The position numbers and the translations under genes are program-made. The notes under the pieces are model-generated. The model had not been told where the DNA came from and ran no database searches. It worked only from the letters and a program-made list of their open reading frames with translations. A stretch of 63,030 nucleotides of DNA, filler included, from Intoshia linei (taxonomy: Eukaryota; Animalia; Orthonectida): the NCBI GenBank assembly GCA_001642005.1. It is 4 parts of 4 records of this genome, joined end to end, with 100 filler letters (N's around TTAATTAATTAA, not from the genome) between each part and the next. Parts side by side here need not be neighbours in the genome. Positions count along the whole stretch, not along the records: positions 1 to 24,263 come from LWCA01000534.1; 3 more parts are not named here. One strand, written 5' to 3'. This document shows positions 11,940 through 24,263 of the stretch, piece after piece. The number at the start of each line of letters is the position of its first letter. Positions within the stretch are counted from its first letter, which is position 1.

Positions 11940-13358
11940 ATGATGGACTGGCAATTACAATTAGCTTTAACCATGAGAATGTGTATATTGATTGGATCAA
12001 GGGGTATTAAATACAAAAAATTATTGTACACAATTTCATATTTTATAATTTTAACAATTATTTTTTATCAATATTTGTTTAAATTTTATAGTGGACCACT
12101 TGTCAATTTGATAATAATATTCATAATATGTAAAAAGTGTAAAAATGAATATATAAAAAACAATTTATATAATATATCATTAATGTGGATATTTATATGG
12201 ACAATGATGATGCATTTTACAACCAATATTAGATTTAAAGATTTAATTCGATATGGCGGGATCTTGGGTTCAGGTGTTCAAATGTTGTCCACAGTGTCAC
12301 ATATTTCTCCAAATTTGGGAAAAATTATGGAAAAAGTTGATTCGAAATCTAATACTGAACCTAAAGAAAGTTTAGCAGAATCAGATTCTAATTTGATGAG
12401 TACTTTTTCTCAAGTTTTTTATTTTCACACTTCATTAGCCGGTATGTTTGGAAGTCCAGTTTATAATTATCGTGAATATTTACAATTGATTAAACCTAGC
12501 AGAATTTACATTTCTTTTAAAAATATTTTCAAGATTATTGTTTATGTTGTAAGTGCTAATGTCATTTATAAATATGTTGGGTCGATAGACGACAAATTTA
12601 AAATTTTAAACAATAATGTCTCACTCAAAGAAAGTTTTCTACAGTTAATTTTGTACTCATCCTTGTTATCCTTATATTTTCAATTAATAATAACTACAAG
12701 TTGCATTTTTTCTGAGATTGTTATCAATGCTAGTGGAATTCCAACAAATAAAAGCAACCAAACTACCTGGATTCATGGAATGGATTTTTGTAATTTATCT
12801 TGTAAAAATTCACTTAGAACCATGATGCGAGCATGGAATATGTCGATACAGCTTTGGATTTATAGATGCTTTTATCTAAAATTTAATTTGAACAAAATTA
12901 ATAAATCCTATGCTTTGGCTCTAGTTATTATTTTTAACGTTCTATGGCACGGTTTTTATATGATGTACGCTGTAGCCGCATTTATATTTGTTGCTTGTGT
13001 ATGTATTCAAGACTATATAATTTCAACTTTTATATTGTATGAAAGGCATTTTACCAAAGATTCTACTCATATTAATGGACATTCCGATTTAAAATACATG
13101 TTTGAATGCATCCAAGGTGTTAGAATCGGAAGATTTGGTGTCAATTTATTTTTTAATATCTTTATGTGGATTTTAACTCATTTAACAATGCATTTTTTGT
13201 TTATTTGCATTTCTACTGATAATAACACAATTATTTGGAATTTTTGGAAATGTTTATACTTTTATCCAATTTTCATTTGGATTTTTCTCTATATTATCAC
13301 CAAATTTATCACAATTATTTATCCTATTATAAATAAAAGTCAATGTGAAATTCATTAA
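11940..13358 (+). CDS. MBOAT7-like acyltransferase copy 4 (intact, intronless, 472 aa, most divergent)
   Basis: RTMMRAWNMSIQLWIYRCFY and IFNVLWHG motifs; collinear with copies 1-3. Confidence 0.85.
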   Translation: MMDWQLQLALTMRMCILIGSRGIKYKKLLYTISYFIILTIIFYQYLFKFYSGPLVNLIIIFIICKKCKNEYIKNNLYNISLMWIFIWTMMMHFTTNIRFKDLIRYGGILGSGVQMLSTVSHISPNLGKIMEKVDSKSNTEPKESLAESDSNLMSTFSQVFYFHTSLAGMFGSPVYNYREYLQLIKPSRIYISFKNIFKIIVYVVSANVIYKYVGSIDDKFKILNNNVSLKESFLQLILYSSLLSLYFQLIITTSCIFSEIVINASGIPTNKSNQTTWIHGMDFCNLSCKNSLRTMMRAWNMSIQLWIYRCFYLKFNLNKINKSYALALVIIFNVLWHGFYMMYAVAAFIFVACVCIQDYIISTFILYERHFTKDSTHINGHSDLKYMFECIQGVRIGRFGVNLFFNIFMWILTHLTMHFLFICISTDNNTIIWNFWKCLYFYPIFIWIFLYIITKFITIIYPIINKSQCEIH

Positions 13359-16300
13359 ATTATTTAAATTTTATTTTTTGTTGATCTTTATTACAGTTTA
13401 AGAGGCGGTCCTCAAAGCAAGAGAAATATTTGTATTTTATAATTGTATAAGATTCTTCTTTCATTTCCTACATTTTTTTTATTAGATTTATAATAAAATA
13501 TAAACCTACAGTATAACCTCGACTATTCGCTAAATCGAGAATTAAAAAATTTTGGCGAATAATGGAAGCTAGTTTATAGTTTTATAGTTTTAGTTTTAGC
13601 TAAAAAACCAAAAATTGCGTATCAATGATAAAAACCGAAGGAATCAATATAAGAGATCAGAGCCAAACATACTAAGTGCAAGGCAATGCAAAAATGAAAA
13701 ACAAGTCCCTAAAAAAATTTAAAGGCGATGCGTAGTGTCAATTAGCCTCTAGCCCCTCTAAGACTCTTGGCTTGATATTTTAAATTTAACACACGAAATA
13801 GTTATGATATTCAAGAATATAATTTTTCATTGCTCAATTTGGAAAAATTAGGCACAATTTTACAAAAATTTGGTCGCACCGAATTAAGGTTCGGTACGGT
13901 AGGTTCGTTACCGAGGTTGAACGTTAAATTCTTATTTTTCCCGAAATTGTAGGATGATATTTTTAACTTTTATTAATAGTCGTACACCTTTATAATGAAC
14001 AATCAAAAAAAAATATTTTTTATCGTTTCTTTATTAGCAAATATGGTTCTTTTATTTTTTAACTCTATTCTTTAATAAATTGTCATTTTGGGAAATTAAA
14101 AAGCGGGATTTATACATATATTCATTTAATCTGGATATTCATAGTGAATCAAGATTTGTATTGTTTTAATAACTAAATAGATGGAATTTTTCTTAACCAT
14201 AATTAACAGGAAAGAAAATAAATCAAAAAAGTAAATTGCTTCGTTTTGAATTTAATTTTTGTAACAATCATCGCTTCGCTTGTCGTTTGTTGGAATACTA
14301 TATAAACCATATAAGATTTTTATGTTCAATATAATTCATTATTGAACAAAAATATTAAATTCCATATTATATTCACTATAGGGGAGTACGACTGTAATTT
14401 GAAAAATATTTGTTGATAATTATCATTAATTATATACTTAATTATTTTTACTTATAGAATATGCTTTGTTTCTGTGTATATGTCTGTGTTATCGTTTATA
14501 TCAATAACTACCAGTCTTAGAATTTTATAAATTGCACATTTCAATTACAGGTTTTTACCGGGGTTTAGCAAAATAAATTTCAACCTCCCAAATTCACATC
14601 TTACGGGCCAAAACCACAAATTACTCTTTTTTTTAATGAAAACAGCCCTAGAATTCTCAAATTCTCTTTTTCATTGAAAATGACAAAATAGGTTTTTATA
14701 ATTTTATTTTTTCTAGAATTTATGCTATTTATGACAATTTTTAGGTGAGTGTTTTTACTTTATTGTTAAGATTATACAACTCATTCTGTCTAATAAATTA
14801 TTTCTTTAATTTTATTTTTTCTGGAATTTATGCTATTTATGACAATTTTTAGGATTGGACATTTTTACTTTATTTTAACATTTACACACATTCTGTCTAA
14901 TAAATTAAAAAAATGGGATAACAATTGTTTTTAAAATTATTTACGCAATATTTACAAACAAAAAATTAAGATGGAATAATTCACTTTAAAGTAAAAAGTA
15001 ATGTGATATGATAGTTCCACCTGATACAATGCATGTAGTACATAACAGTCAACATAGTGTATTATAATATACATTTTTAACATATTTAATATGCTATATT
15101 TAATATTCTATTCAGACATATGCTTATTTATAGTCATTTGTAACCGGTGTTGTGGAATAAGTAAACTTGTAATATTGAACCTTTTACTCTATGTTATGTG
15201 GAATACGGTCCATCAGATCATTCTTTGTTTTGTATTTAAATGTGGGCAATTAATTAATAATAATGATGATTAATTATTCAATTATAAATAGTCTCTAATC
15301 AAAAAAAAATAGGTAAACTATAAATTCCTTGTTTGAACTGTGACATTGAAATTTTTTGTGTATATTAAATGGAAATGACTAATAGCTGTGATATTTGTTA
15401 AAGTTATCGGTCTTTCGTTTTTCCATCTTTAAAAATAATGTGTAATTTGTGGTTTTAACCGTGGAGATTATTGCCAAATCTACCGTACCCGAGACTCCAC
15501 TTCGGGCTTCGTTTATCCAATTTGATCATTAAACGCAATTATTGAATATCATTAATATTTTGTGTGGTAAATTTAGAATGTCAAGTGAAGAGCATTAGAT
15601 AAGTGGCTAGGTAATATGATACTATGCCATGTAAGCAAAATAATTCATGAGCGTATTTTTCATTTTAGGTGGCCTCGTAATGGTCAGTTTGATTCTGGTG
15701 ACGATGTAAATTTTTGGGTTTTGGGTTGCATTTTATGATAATTCATATGAGTTTAAGAAATTAATTTAATTTTTAAAAAAGGTTTATTTGATTATTTAAT
15801 CGTGAAGTTGCCAATTTTTAAATTTGAAATTTATCTAACTTTTTGCACCGGTAAAAGTAATTTATTATTTTTATTTTTATAATTTCTGGGACTTACAATA
15901 ACTATTTTTTCATTAAATGGTTACACACAGGCCGACACATATTTTTAGCACATTTTACTTTATATACGCAGAGCTAAACTCGTGATCACCCGAAAATAAA
16001 AAATGAATATCTAAAAATTTTACAAGCGAAGCGTAATGTCCTATAGCCCCTAGCCACCTCTGTAATACTCTTGATTATACTTTTTTAATTTAACACACAA
16101 TACAGTTATGATATTTAATGAAATAATTTTTTTAATGCTCAATTTGGCAAATGAGGCACCAAAGAGAGTACTCGGGTACGGTAGATTCTATAGGAAATAA
16201 TAGATGTATATAATTAAGTATTGATATTTAAGTACACATATTTGAATTGGGTGTGTAATTAATAAATATTTATAATTTACTTTTTGAATAAAGCGCGTAT

Positions 16301-16397
16301 CCTTCCAAAACCATTTGAAAAAAATCTTGTTACAGATATTTTAATTAATCGCAAAGCTAACGACATTTTAATCTATATATAATTAATAATAGACATT

Positions 16398-16976
16398 ATG
16401 AACAGTACTGAACCTATAGTACCCGAAACCTTCTGGAGCGAATTTTTCCAATTGAGCATTAAAAAAATTATATTCTTGAATATAATAACTATTTTGGGTG
16501 TTAATTTTAATATTTCTAAGCTAATAGTAATAATAATTAGTTTATATTTTCATTATTTATACAGTACATACAGTACAGTTTATTTATACATACAGTTTAT
16601 TTATATTTATTGTTAAGAATTTATGTTTCATTTTCAGGGTGACCTCGAGCCTAGGGATCGCATAAATTTTTTATAAAATTCAATCGTAACAATAGCTGAG
16701 TAACAGTGCAATATTCACTAATATATGTAATTTTTATATACATATGTTAAAAGAGGAATATTCACATATAATGGGTTTACTGTGTCTTAATTGAATCATA
16801 ATATAACTATAAATTATCATACCTAGCAAATTATGCGTTATTTTTGTATCAATGTTTACATTCATGTTAATATTAATATTTTAGTTTATTGTATCGTGAT
16901 TAGTGTTGGCAATTTATCGAAAATATTTTCATCAATAATTATCGTCATATTTTTGACGCTGATTGTATTACAATAA
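16398..16976 (+). CDS. Putative two-exon small hydrophobic protein (~63 aa), unknown function
   Basis: ATG 16398, phase-1 GT donor near 16498, AG acceptor near 16884. Spliced product MNSTEPIVPETFWSEFFQLSIKKIIFLNIITILVYCIVISVGNLSKIFSSIIIVIFLTLIVLQ*. No family recognised. Confidence 0.3.
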
Positions 16977-17300
16977 TTTATTATGCTTTGGTTTTAAAGA
17001 AAAATTTAAAAAAAACCAAAACATTTACAACCTCTGGCGAAAGATTCGCTCTTTTTTTTATGTAATGATAATGATAATTATGTAATAATTTTTATGTAAC
17101 TCAGAAACTTACCTGTTAAAAACCCTAATTATCCTTTTTTTAAATCAAATGAATCTTGGAACTTAAAAAATAACATTCTGATAGAGATTTTAAAATCATA
17201 AACATTACATTGTATCATCAATTTAAATATCTTCATCGCCAATAATAATAATTTGTATACTTTAAAATGATTTATTAAACATAAATGTAATTTAATTTAA

Positions 17301-18989
17301 TCAAATTGAGGTTAATCCAAACAAAATTTTATGTTGGCATTTTTTAATTTCTTGAACTACATCACTATACTGTTGATCTGCATCAATTATAATGACGGCT
17401 GTATTTGTATTTAAATTTTCTTGGTCTCTCAATAACCAATTATCATGCAATTCATGCAATTCTTTTAGATACTCCTAAATGACATGTTCATTTTTATGAA
17501 AATTATTAATACCAGTGTAATATTTTCCTCTCCAATCCGATTTCGTTTCTTTATTCGTTTAAGGCAGATTTCAGGTGAAGCTCTCATGTAAACTAGATTA
17601 ATTTAATTAAATAAAAAATATTAAATTCAAGGATAAGTAAAAGATAAATTTGAACAATTGTTTTTAACGCATGAAATTTTTACTATTTTACGGAAAGTTC
17701 TGTGGACCTATTAGTGATCCGTATTGACAACGAAAAAGTCAATAATTATTGAGTTTAAATATTATTTAAAAAAAAGTTATTTACCTTTTTTTAAAACTTT
17801 ATTAATAATGAATTATTATAGTTAAGTTATAATGCAACAATGTAATTTACCTCCTTAACTTAAATTTAAATAGAAAAAATAATTTCATTTCAAATAAACT
17901 ACAAACCTATAAGATCTAGATGAAAATTAAAATTGGTCATTATCCAATTATACCATGCATCCAATATATTGAATTCATCTTTTTGAAGGTATCCTCTAAA
18001 AAATTGTGAAATAAAAATCAATGTATACGAATTCAATAGGTTTTTCGTGAAACAGTAATGTGCGCTTTGTAAAGAACGTTCATATAGCTTAACTTTTTTG
18101 GTCTAAATTTGAAAAATAATTAAATGTCCATTTTTAAAAAATTAAAGTCGAGTGATTTTTAACTGGAATTATAAAAGGCAATTTCAAAACAGGGCCGTGG
18201 ATAAACTAGGGGACATATGGCCGGGCTTAAAAACATGAGGGGTCTAATATTTTAATTTATTAATAGATAAATTAGAAAATTTCTTAAGTATTTCAAAATT
18301 GTGACGACCAATGTGATTTTCAACTGTTCGTTTTAATTTTTAGGTAATAAACGATCGATTAAACAATGTATAGACGTACTAATTTTAAAAAAAATTGATG
18401 GGGCCTACTACTGGCTCTTCACCACCCTGTCCCAATGATTAAAAGATACTTACATAACAAAAATGTTAATAAGGGAAATTATAGTAAAAAATATTGAGTA
18501 ATTATATTAATGTTTTTATATCAATTTGATGAAAAAAATGTATTAACCACTACATTACATGTATATCAACATAAAAAACCTGTTTAGCTTGATATATATC
18601 ACTAATGGTGAGCTGCACAAATGATTGAAAGGCTAATCCCCATCGTTTACGATCTTTGTTAAATTTTTCCTATAATTTTGAAGATGATTAAAGATTAATG
18701 TGTAAATAATTCAATTACAAAGATGTTGATTCCGTCCAAATTACTCCACGACTTTATTGGTTCATCGTGTGTCTAAAATTTCGTACAAGTTATAATGTGC
18801 AAGGTGATATTTGTAAATATACAGGTTTATTTACCTCACAAATACTTGAAAACTGTTTAAAGTGATTTAAAATTGTTGATTTACCCGCTCCAATATTCCC
18901 CTCAAAAGCTACTTTTATTTTGTTTACATTTGTACCTATAAATGTATATTTATTACAAATTTTATACATGAAAAGATTTCTGGGGGCAT
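17301..18989 (-). CDS. Deoxynucleoside kinase (TK2/Dm-dNK family), 8 exons
   Basis: Spliced translation contains the P-loop FEGNIGAGKST, DEPIKSW, RWGLAFQSFVQLT, YERSLQSAHYCF and the lid VYMRASPEICLKRIKKRNRIGEENITLEYLKELHELHDNWL. All introns GT-AG; TGA stop at 17301-17303. Confidence 0.9.
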
Positions 18990-19611
18990 TTTTGAAATTT
19001 ATAAATTAAAATTACTGTGATGAATAAACTTTATGTCAACAATATGATATAAATAGAAATTTGCGATATTTTAAATTTTTATTCATTACATTGCTTATAG
19101 CATTCATATTGTTAAAAATACTTGTTTATCATTTTTTGACCGTATAAACTTTATATTGTTATATTTGTTATTTTTTAGTTATTTGCGTATTTTGCAAATG
19201 TTTTAAAATTTAAAATTTTCACATTTTATTTACATACATGTATGCACTAATGTGTAGAGAATTTGAATTTTGAAGACTTCAACTGCATGTATCAAGTGAA
19301 GGTCACTCCATTATAGATAATTATATAATGCAGATTTCTCAACATAGACGTTTGAAATATTTATATACATTTTTACATGTATTCATTATTAAAGTACATG
19401 CCTAATGTTTTCAGACTATTATTTTGGTTTTTTATCATTTTTGTAATAAAATTGAGATATTAACGTCGTAGATACACAAGAACAAAATAAATCCATATAA
19501 ACAAATATAATGTCATTTTTACATTTACATGTATTGTATTTACATGTAAATTTATTGTAATAAACTGTATATCAATCTATTTCAAATAAAATATAATTTT
19601 TTCTCAATTGA

Positions 19612-22358
19612 ATGTCTCACAATATTAACAAAATTTTAATGTAATTTTAAACGAAAAATTATGTATAAAATTTAAATAATTTAGAGTTGAAGCAAATTTA
19701 AAAAATTTAGAAACTCATACTAATAATTTTCAAAAAGAAATTAATGGTAATCCTTACTTATATAATATGCTGCGCAATATAATGTAAATTAAAAAGTAAT
19801 GTGATATGATGGTTCCATCTGAAACAAATTTGGGAACCACTCCTTTATAGGATTGATAATAGTAAATAGTAGTATTTTTAAGTTAGATTTTTAACGTTAA
19901 TTTATTTTTATTATACTTAAAAATACTTGTTTCAGGTGGATTCATCATGTCACACGCGAGTAGTTACGTGTAAATGCTAATTTGGAAAAATTAAATTTTA
20001 CAAAAATTTCGACTATGTTCCGAAGAGGGTTTCCTTTGCGGTAGGTTCAGGTCGGTACTATGTCAGACAGTTAATTTTTTATAAAAAAAATATCAATATC
20101 AATTAAATTTATATTAGAACTCATCAAACACCAATACAACATGATTATGGATGGAATGGAAATGAAATTTATCTCAACAGAAATTTCCGATTTGTACGAA
20201 TCATGGCTCATTGAACACAAAAATATGGCAGATTCTTATAAAAAATTGGTTTTTTATTTTTTACCAATTTTAACCATTTCTTAGCTCAGCGTTATAGACA
20301 CAATAAATTACCAACCTGGAGATAAGTAATTCATATATAATACTTTTATTATATAATAGTACTAGGTTGACTGTTATATGATCTGTCTGCCGAGGGAACA
20401 TTTTTATTATACCAAAAAAATAAATTCACGTTGAAAATCTAACTTAAAAATCCTATTATTCACTATTATCAATCCTTTAAAAGAGTGATTCCTAAACTTG
20501 TTTCAGGTGCAACCATCATATTACATTACTTTTTACTTTGAAGTGAATTATTTCATCTTAATTTATTTTTGTTAACATTTGGGTAAAAAATTTTACAAAC
20601 AATTGTTATTCCATTTTTTAAATTTATTAGACAGAATGTGTGTATAATATTAAAAATAAAGTAAAAACAGTCCAATACTAAAAATTGTCATAAAGGTGTG
20701 AGTTTTGGAAATTGAAATTTATATTATTATATGTAAAAATTGTCATAAATAGCATAAATTCCAGAAAAAATAAAATTAAGAAACCTATTTTGTCATTTTC
20801 AATGTGATGACATATATTCAGTATCAATTTAATAAATTTAAACTTATTTTGTCTTTTTCAATGTGATGATATATTCAGTACCAATTTAATAAATACTTAA
20901 AAATACCAATTATGTATAAATAATTAACGGAATCTTCACTTTATAAACATATTTCAGGCGAATTTTTCCAAAATTGCAAAGAATTGTAATAAATATAAAA
21001 ATGATATTAACAAAGTTATTTTAGTTTCGTTGTTTAGTTTCTATTTTATTGTATTCAAAATGTTTTGAATATGAGAATTTGAAATTCAAAAATTCTAGGG
21101 CTTTTTTCAAAAAAAAGGAAGGGAATTTGGGGTTTTGGCCCTGAATATATAATTTTTTTAAATTTAAATTTATGATAATGTTTTTAATTTTAAAATCGGT
21201 ATCAGCGTATGTAGTTTTTTAAATTCTCCAATTTGTTTGATTTTCAAAAAAAAGGACAATTGGGTTTAAAAAATTCTACGACTGTCAATTTTTTATATAT
21301 ACGGCAACAGACATTCAATTTTATATAAGTAAAGGATTAAAGCCCTACACGGAACTCGTCTTGCAAAATGCTATATATCTATCTATCGTTATTTTTGTTG
21401 TTCTCAATGGTTCGCATCATATTTAATATTTTGTACTAGATACCATGTATATCAGGTATGAACAAGATTTTTTGATTGTGCGCTTAAATTCAAATAAAAA
21501 TTTACAATTTTATTTCTTAGTTTGAAGCAATTGTTTAAAATCTATTCAAATTATTCATGCAAAAGGAACAAACTACTAGATGTAAGTTTTATTTGATGTT
21601 TATAATTTTTTTGTAGGAATTGGCTAAATATAAAGTAAAATCAATGAAAAATGATAAAAAATTGATTAAAAAACGGAATAAGGTATTAAAATGAATTGAC
21701 ACAACCTTTTCGTAAAGGAGTATGTTGTTAATAAAAAAATAATCTAACTCAGCGCTTGCCAATTTTTTTTTCCATAAATCTTTAATTTCACATTAAATTT
21801 AATCGCGCCAATTAAAATGCAATTTCTAAGAAGAATTGTGCATGTGGTACTTTTTTACGTTCTTTTCTGCAGATCGGCATATTTTGCAGTATAACGGTAA
21901 TGGTCCGCTCGCCAGATTGGTGAACCGCTGACCTAACCAATGATTTTGGTAACTTTTTGAATTAAAACAAGTCTTTTAACTTGGTTTTTATTTTCCCCAT
22001 TATACCCGTGAAATTAAATTTGATTAATTAATTTTAGACCTCCACAAAAATAAACGAAATTAAAGAAACAATTCGACGTCTTGATGATACATTTTCAGAA
22101 TTATCTGATAGTTTTTATGAACAACAATACCAAATATTTGAACCCCTTAGCACCGCCATAGCGAGTGAACAGGTAAAAAACGAATAAAAGTACAATTTAA
22201 ATTTAATTCATCAGATTTTGACATACAACATTATGCACAAATGCATGTCAAATATAAAATGTTCATTCAATAGTCTTTTAACCACACAAGAATCAGAAGA
22301 TTTTGATGTTGAAGCCGAACTTTTGAACCTTGAAAAGCTTTTGATTACTTCAGATTAG
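19612..22358 (+). CDS. Divergent helical protein, probably BAR-domain (BIN3/amphiphysin-like), ~9 exons
   Basis: In-phase GT-AG exons give VEANLKNLETHTNNFQKEINEL...CKRNKLLDELAKYKVK...SFYEQQYQIFEPLSTAIASEQILTYNIMHK, resembling the BIN3 C-terminal helix (FY..R..YFQP.FESLI..Q..YY..MHK). The start codon and one acceptor are uncertain. Confidence 0.55.
20356..21320. repeat. Representative copy of an abundant composite dispersed repeat (Helentron/HINE-like)
   Basis: Segments such as CTAGGTTGACTGTTATGTAC...CTGCCGAGGGC, GGGAACCACTCCTTT and AAAACAGCCCTAGAATT recur on both strands at ~8130-8520, 14470-15060, 19790-19950, 30900-31050, 32420-32630, 36580-36750, 48600-49140, 53260-53520, 54970-55760 and 62740-62930. 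Short stem-loop TCCGCC-GAG-GGCGGA plus T-run at ~48654. The class assignment is inference. Confidence 0.65.
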
Positions 22359-22363
22359 CTACC

Positions 22364-22901
22364 TTACAATTCTGCATTTACAAATTTAATAAAATCTAAA
22401 TTATAATTATTGAAATGTATTAAAAATTAGAAACTATCATAAGATATTTTTCCGGGTTCAGACTGATATGCACTTTCAATCATGAATCGGATGTCGTATC
22501 GATTTGTAGGCAGGGACGAGTCATTCAATGTGTTAATTACCTTCATGAGATCCAACAGTGTGATATATCCGTCATTATTTGTATCTAAGCAGTCAAATAT
22601 TTCTCTCAATTCCCCATAAGGCTTATTTTGTTTGATAACCTTTTCCAAAATAATAAGAAACTCTGCCTTACTTATAACTTGCACTCCCTCTTGTTTATAA
22701 GTCTCAATCAAATTGTCCAGTTTGTTCATCTTACATTTGGAAGATAGTGAAAAAACTATCACAGACTTTAATTCTTCTATTGAAATGGAATTTGTATTGT
22801 CCTTGTCAAATAAATTAAACAATTGTATTGCTTCTAAAATGAAAGTGTAACATTACATTTCTCATGAAATTCCAAGTACCTTCCTGTAATTTTTCTTCCA
22901 T
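22364..22901 (-). CDS. Calmodulin-like EF-hand protein A (3 exons)
   Basis: MEEKLQE|EAIQLFNLFDKDNTNSISIEEL...LREIFDCLDTNNDGYITLLDL...GKISYD|NFIKFVNAEL*. Two recognisable EF loops. Confidence 0.85.
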
Positions 22902-22942
22902 ATTTATTTGTTAATCCTAGATACACTTAATAGTTAGTTGTC

Positions 22943-23526
22943 ATGTTTAATCCAAATAATATTACCGATCAAGATTTGTTCAATCAAGGTAAATGTATAT
23001 CTAGGTTTATTATATTTAAATTTTAGAATTTAAATGCGTGTTTGCATTGTTTGATAAAAATGACGATGACACTATTGATAGGCAAAGCATTTCGCTTTTG
23101 ATCAGATATTTCGGGTTATACCCCACAGAACAAGAAATGCAACAAATTTTAAATTGTTTCGATGGAAAGGGTAATCATATAAATTCTTAATTTACAATCT
23201 CTAGAACGAATTAATATACAAATTGTATATGATTTAATCAACGAACAGAAATGTTTACAGGGGTCTGTGAATGAATTGACGGAAGCATTTCATACGTTTG
23301 ATAAGAATAAAACTGGACTGTTTGGTCTATCTGAAGTACGTAGATCTCTAACTAAATATATGGAAAAATTGTCAGATGAGGAATTTGATTATTTCTTTGC
23401 TACTTTAGAACCAGACAGTAATGGTCTCGTTTCATATCAAAGTATTTTTTTAAATCTAATAATTATTAATTCAATTCAATAGGCATCATTGATAAATTGA
23501 CAAGAATTTACGTAGAACGCCATTAA
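22943..23526 (+). CDS. Calmodulin/myosin-light-chain-like EF-hand protein B (4 exons)
   Basis: MFNPNNITDQDLFNQ|EFKCVFALFDKNDDDTID...RYFGLYPTEQEMQQIL...ELTEAFHTFDKNKTG...MEKLSDEEFD...DSNGLVSYQ|SIIDKLTRIYVERH*. Confidence 0.85.
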
Positions 23527-23557
23527 ATTAAAATACATTAATAGTCCAATAAATATT

Positions 23558-23830
23558 TTATTCTTTTTGACAAACAAAACAATAATTCATATCAAAATTA
23601 GTAGTCCAATTCCAATCATTTGTGATAAAATTATAGCACATTCCGTGCAAATGGACAGGATTCAGTTTTGCGTTTTTGGATAGAGCTGTCAATTCATCAG
23701 GCGTCATAAATTTATTCCAATCATGTAATCCTTGCGGTACAATTTTTAACACCTTTTCAGCTACTTCTATACAAAAAAGATATGAAGCCACAGTTCGGTT
23801 CAATGTGGTTAAAACAAAAAATCCACCTTT
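23558..23830 (-). CDS. COQ3: Ubiquinone biosynthesis O-methyltransferase COQ3, terminal exon only
   Basis: KGGFFVLTTLNRTVASYLFCIEVAEKVLKIVPQGLHDWNKFMTPDEL...GMCYNFITNDW..TTNFDMNY matches the COQ3/UbiG C-terminus. AG acceptor at 23831-23832; upstream exons not seen (gap). Confidence 0.85.
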   Translation of the reverse strand, partial: KGGFFVLTTLNRTVASYLFCIEVAEKVLKIVPQGLHDWNKFMTPDELTALSKNAKLNPVHLHGMCYNFITNDWNWTTNFDMNYCFVCQKE

Positions 23831-24263
23831 CTAAAAAGTTAGTTTAGTACAAACAAATGAATCAAAATTAATTTACCTATATAACGCTATAATCTTTAGA
23901 TGACTGGAATTAATCAATCATTTGAATCTACCATGATCTAGAACAGGGGTGCAGAACCTTCGATCGTGGGCCATCCATGTGATCATATTAATAATAATTT
24001 TGTTTCATATAAAAAAATTATATCGCTGAATAAAAACAAATCCCAACATGGAAATAAATATCAAATATGATAGACTGGACTTGATTCTAAACTAGAGTGT
24101 CCAGATTTTAAATAAGTACTTTTCGAAATGTCTTAAAAACAAAAAGAATAAAATTGGAATTGAAAGTTCTAACAATTTGAAATTTTCAATAATTTAAAAT
24201 ATGAAATGTAAATGTTAATTTTGTTGGTATTTATCATTGGAAATTATTTTTTTACATAATTCA

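Noticed and set aside
15575-15710. AG/GT-bounded exon-like segments (also 19258-19340)
   Set aside because: No consistent open frame could be assembled; possibly UTR exons or chance.
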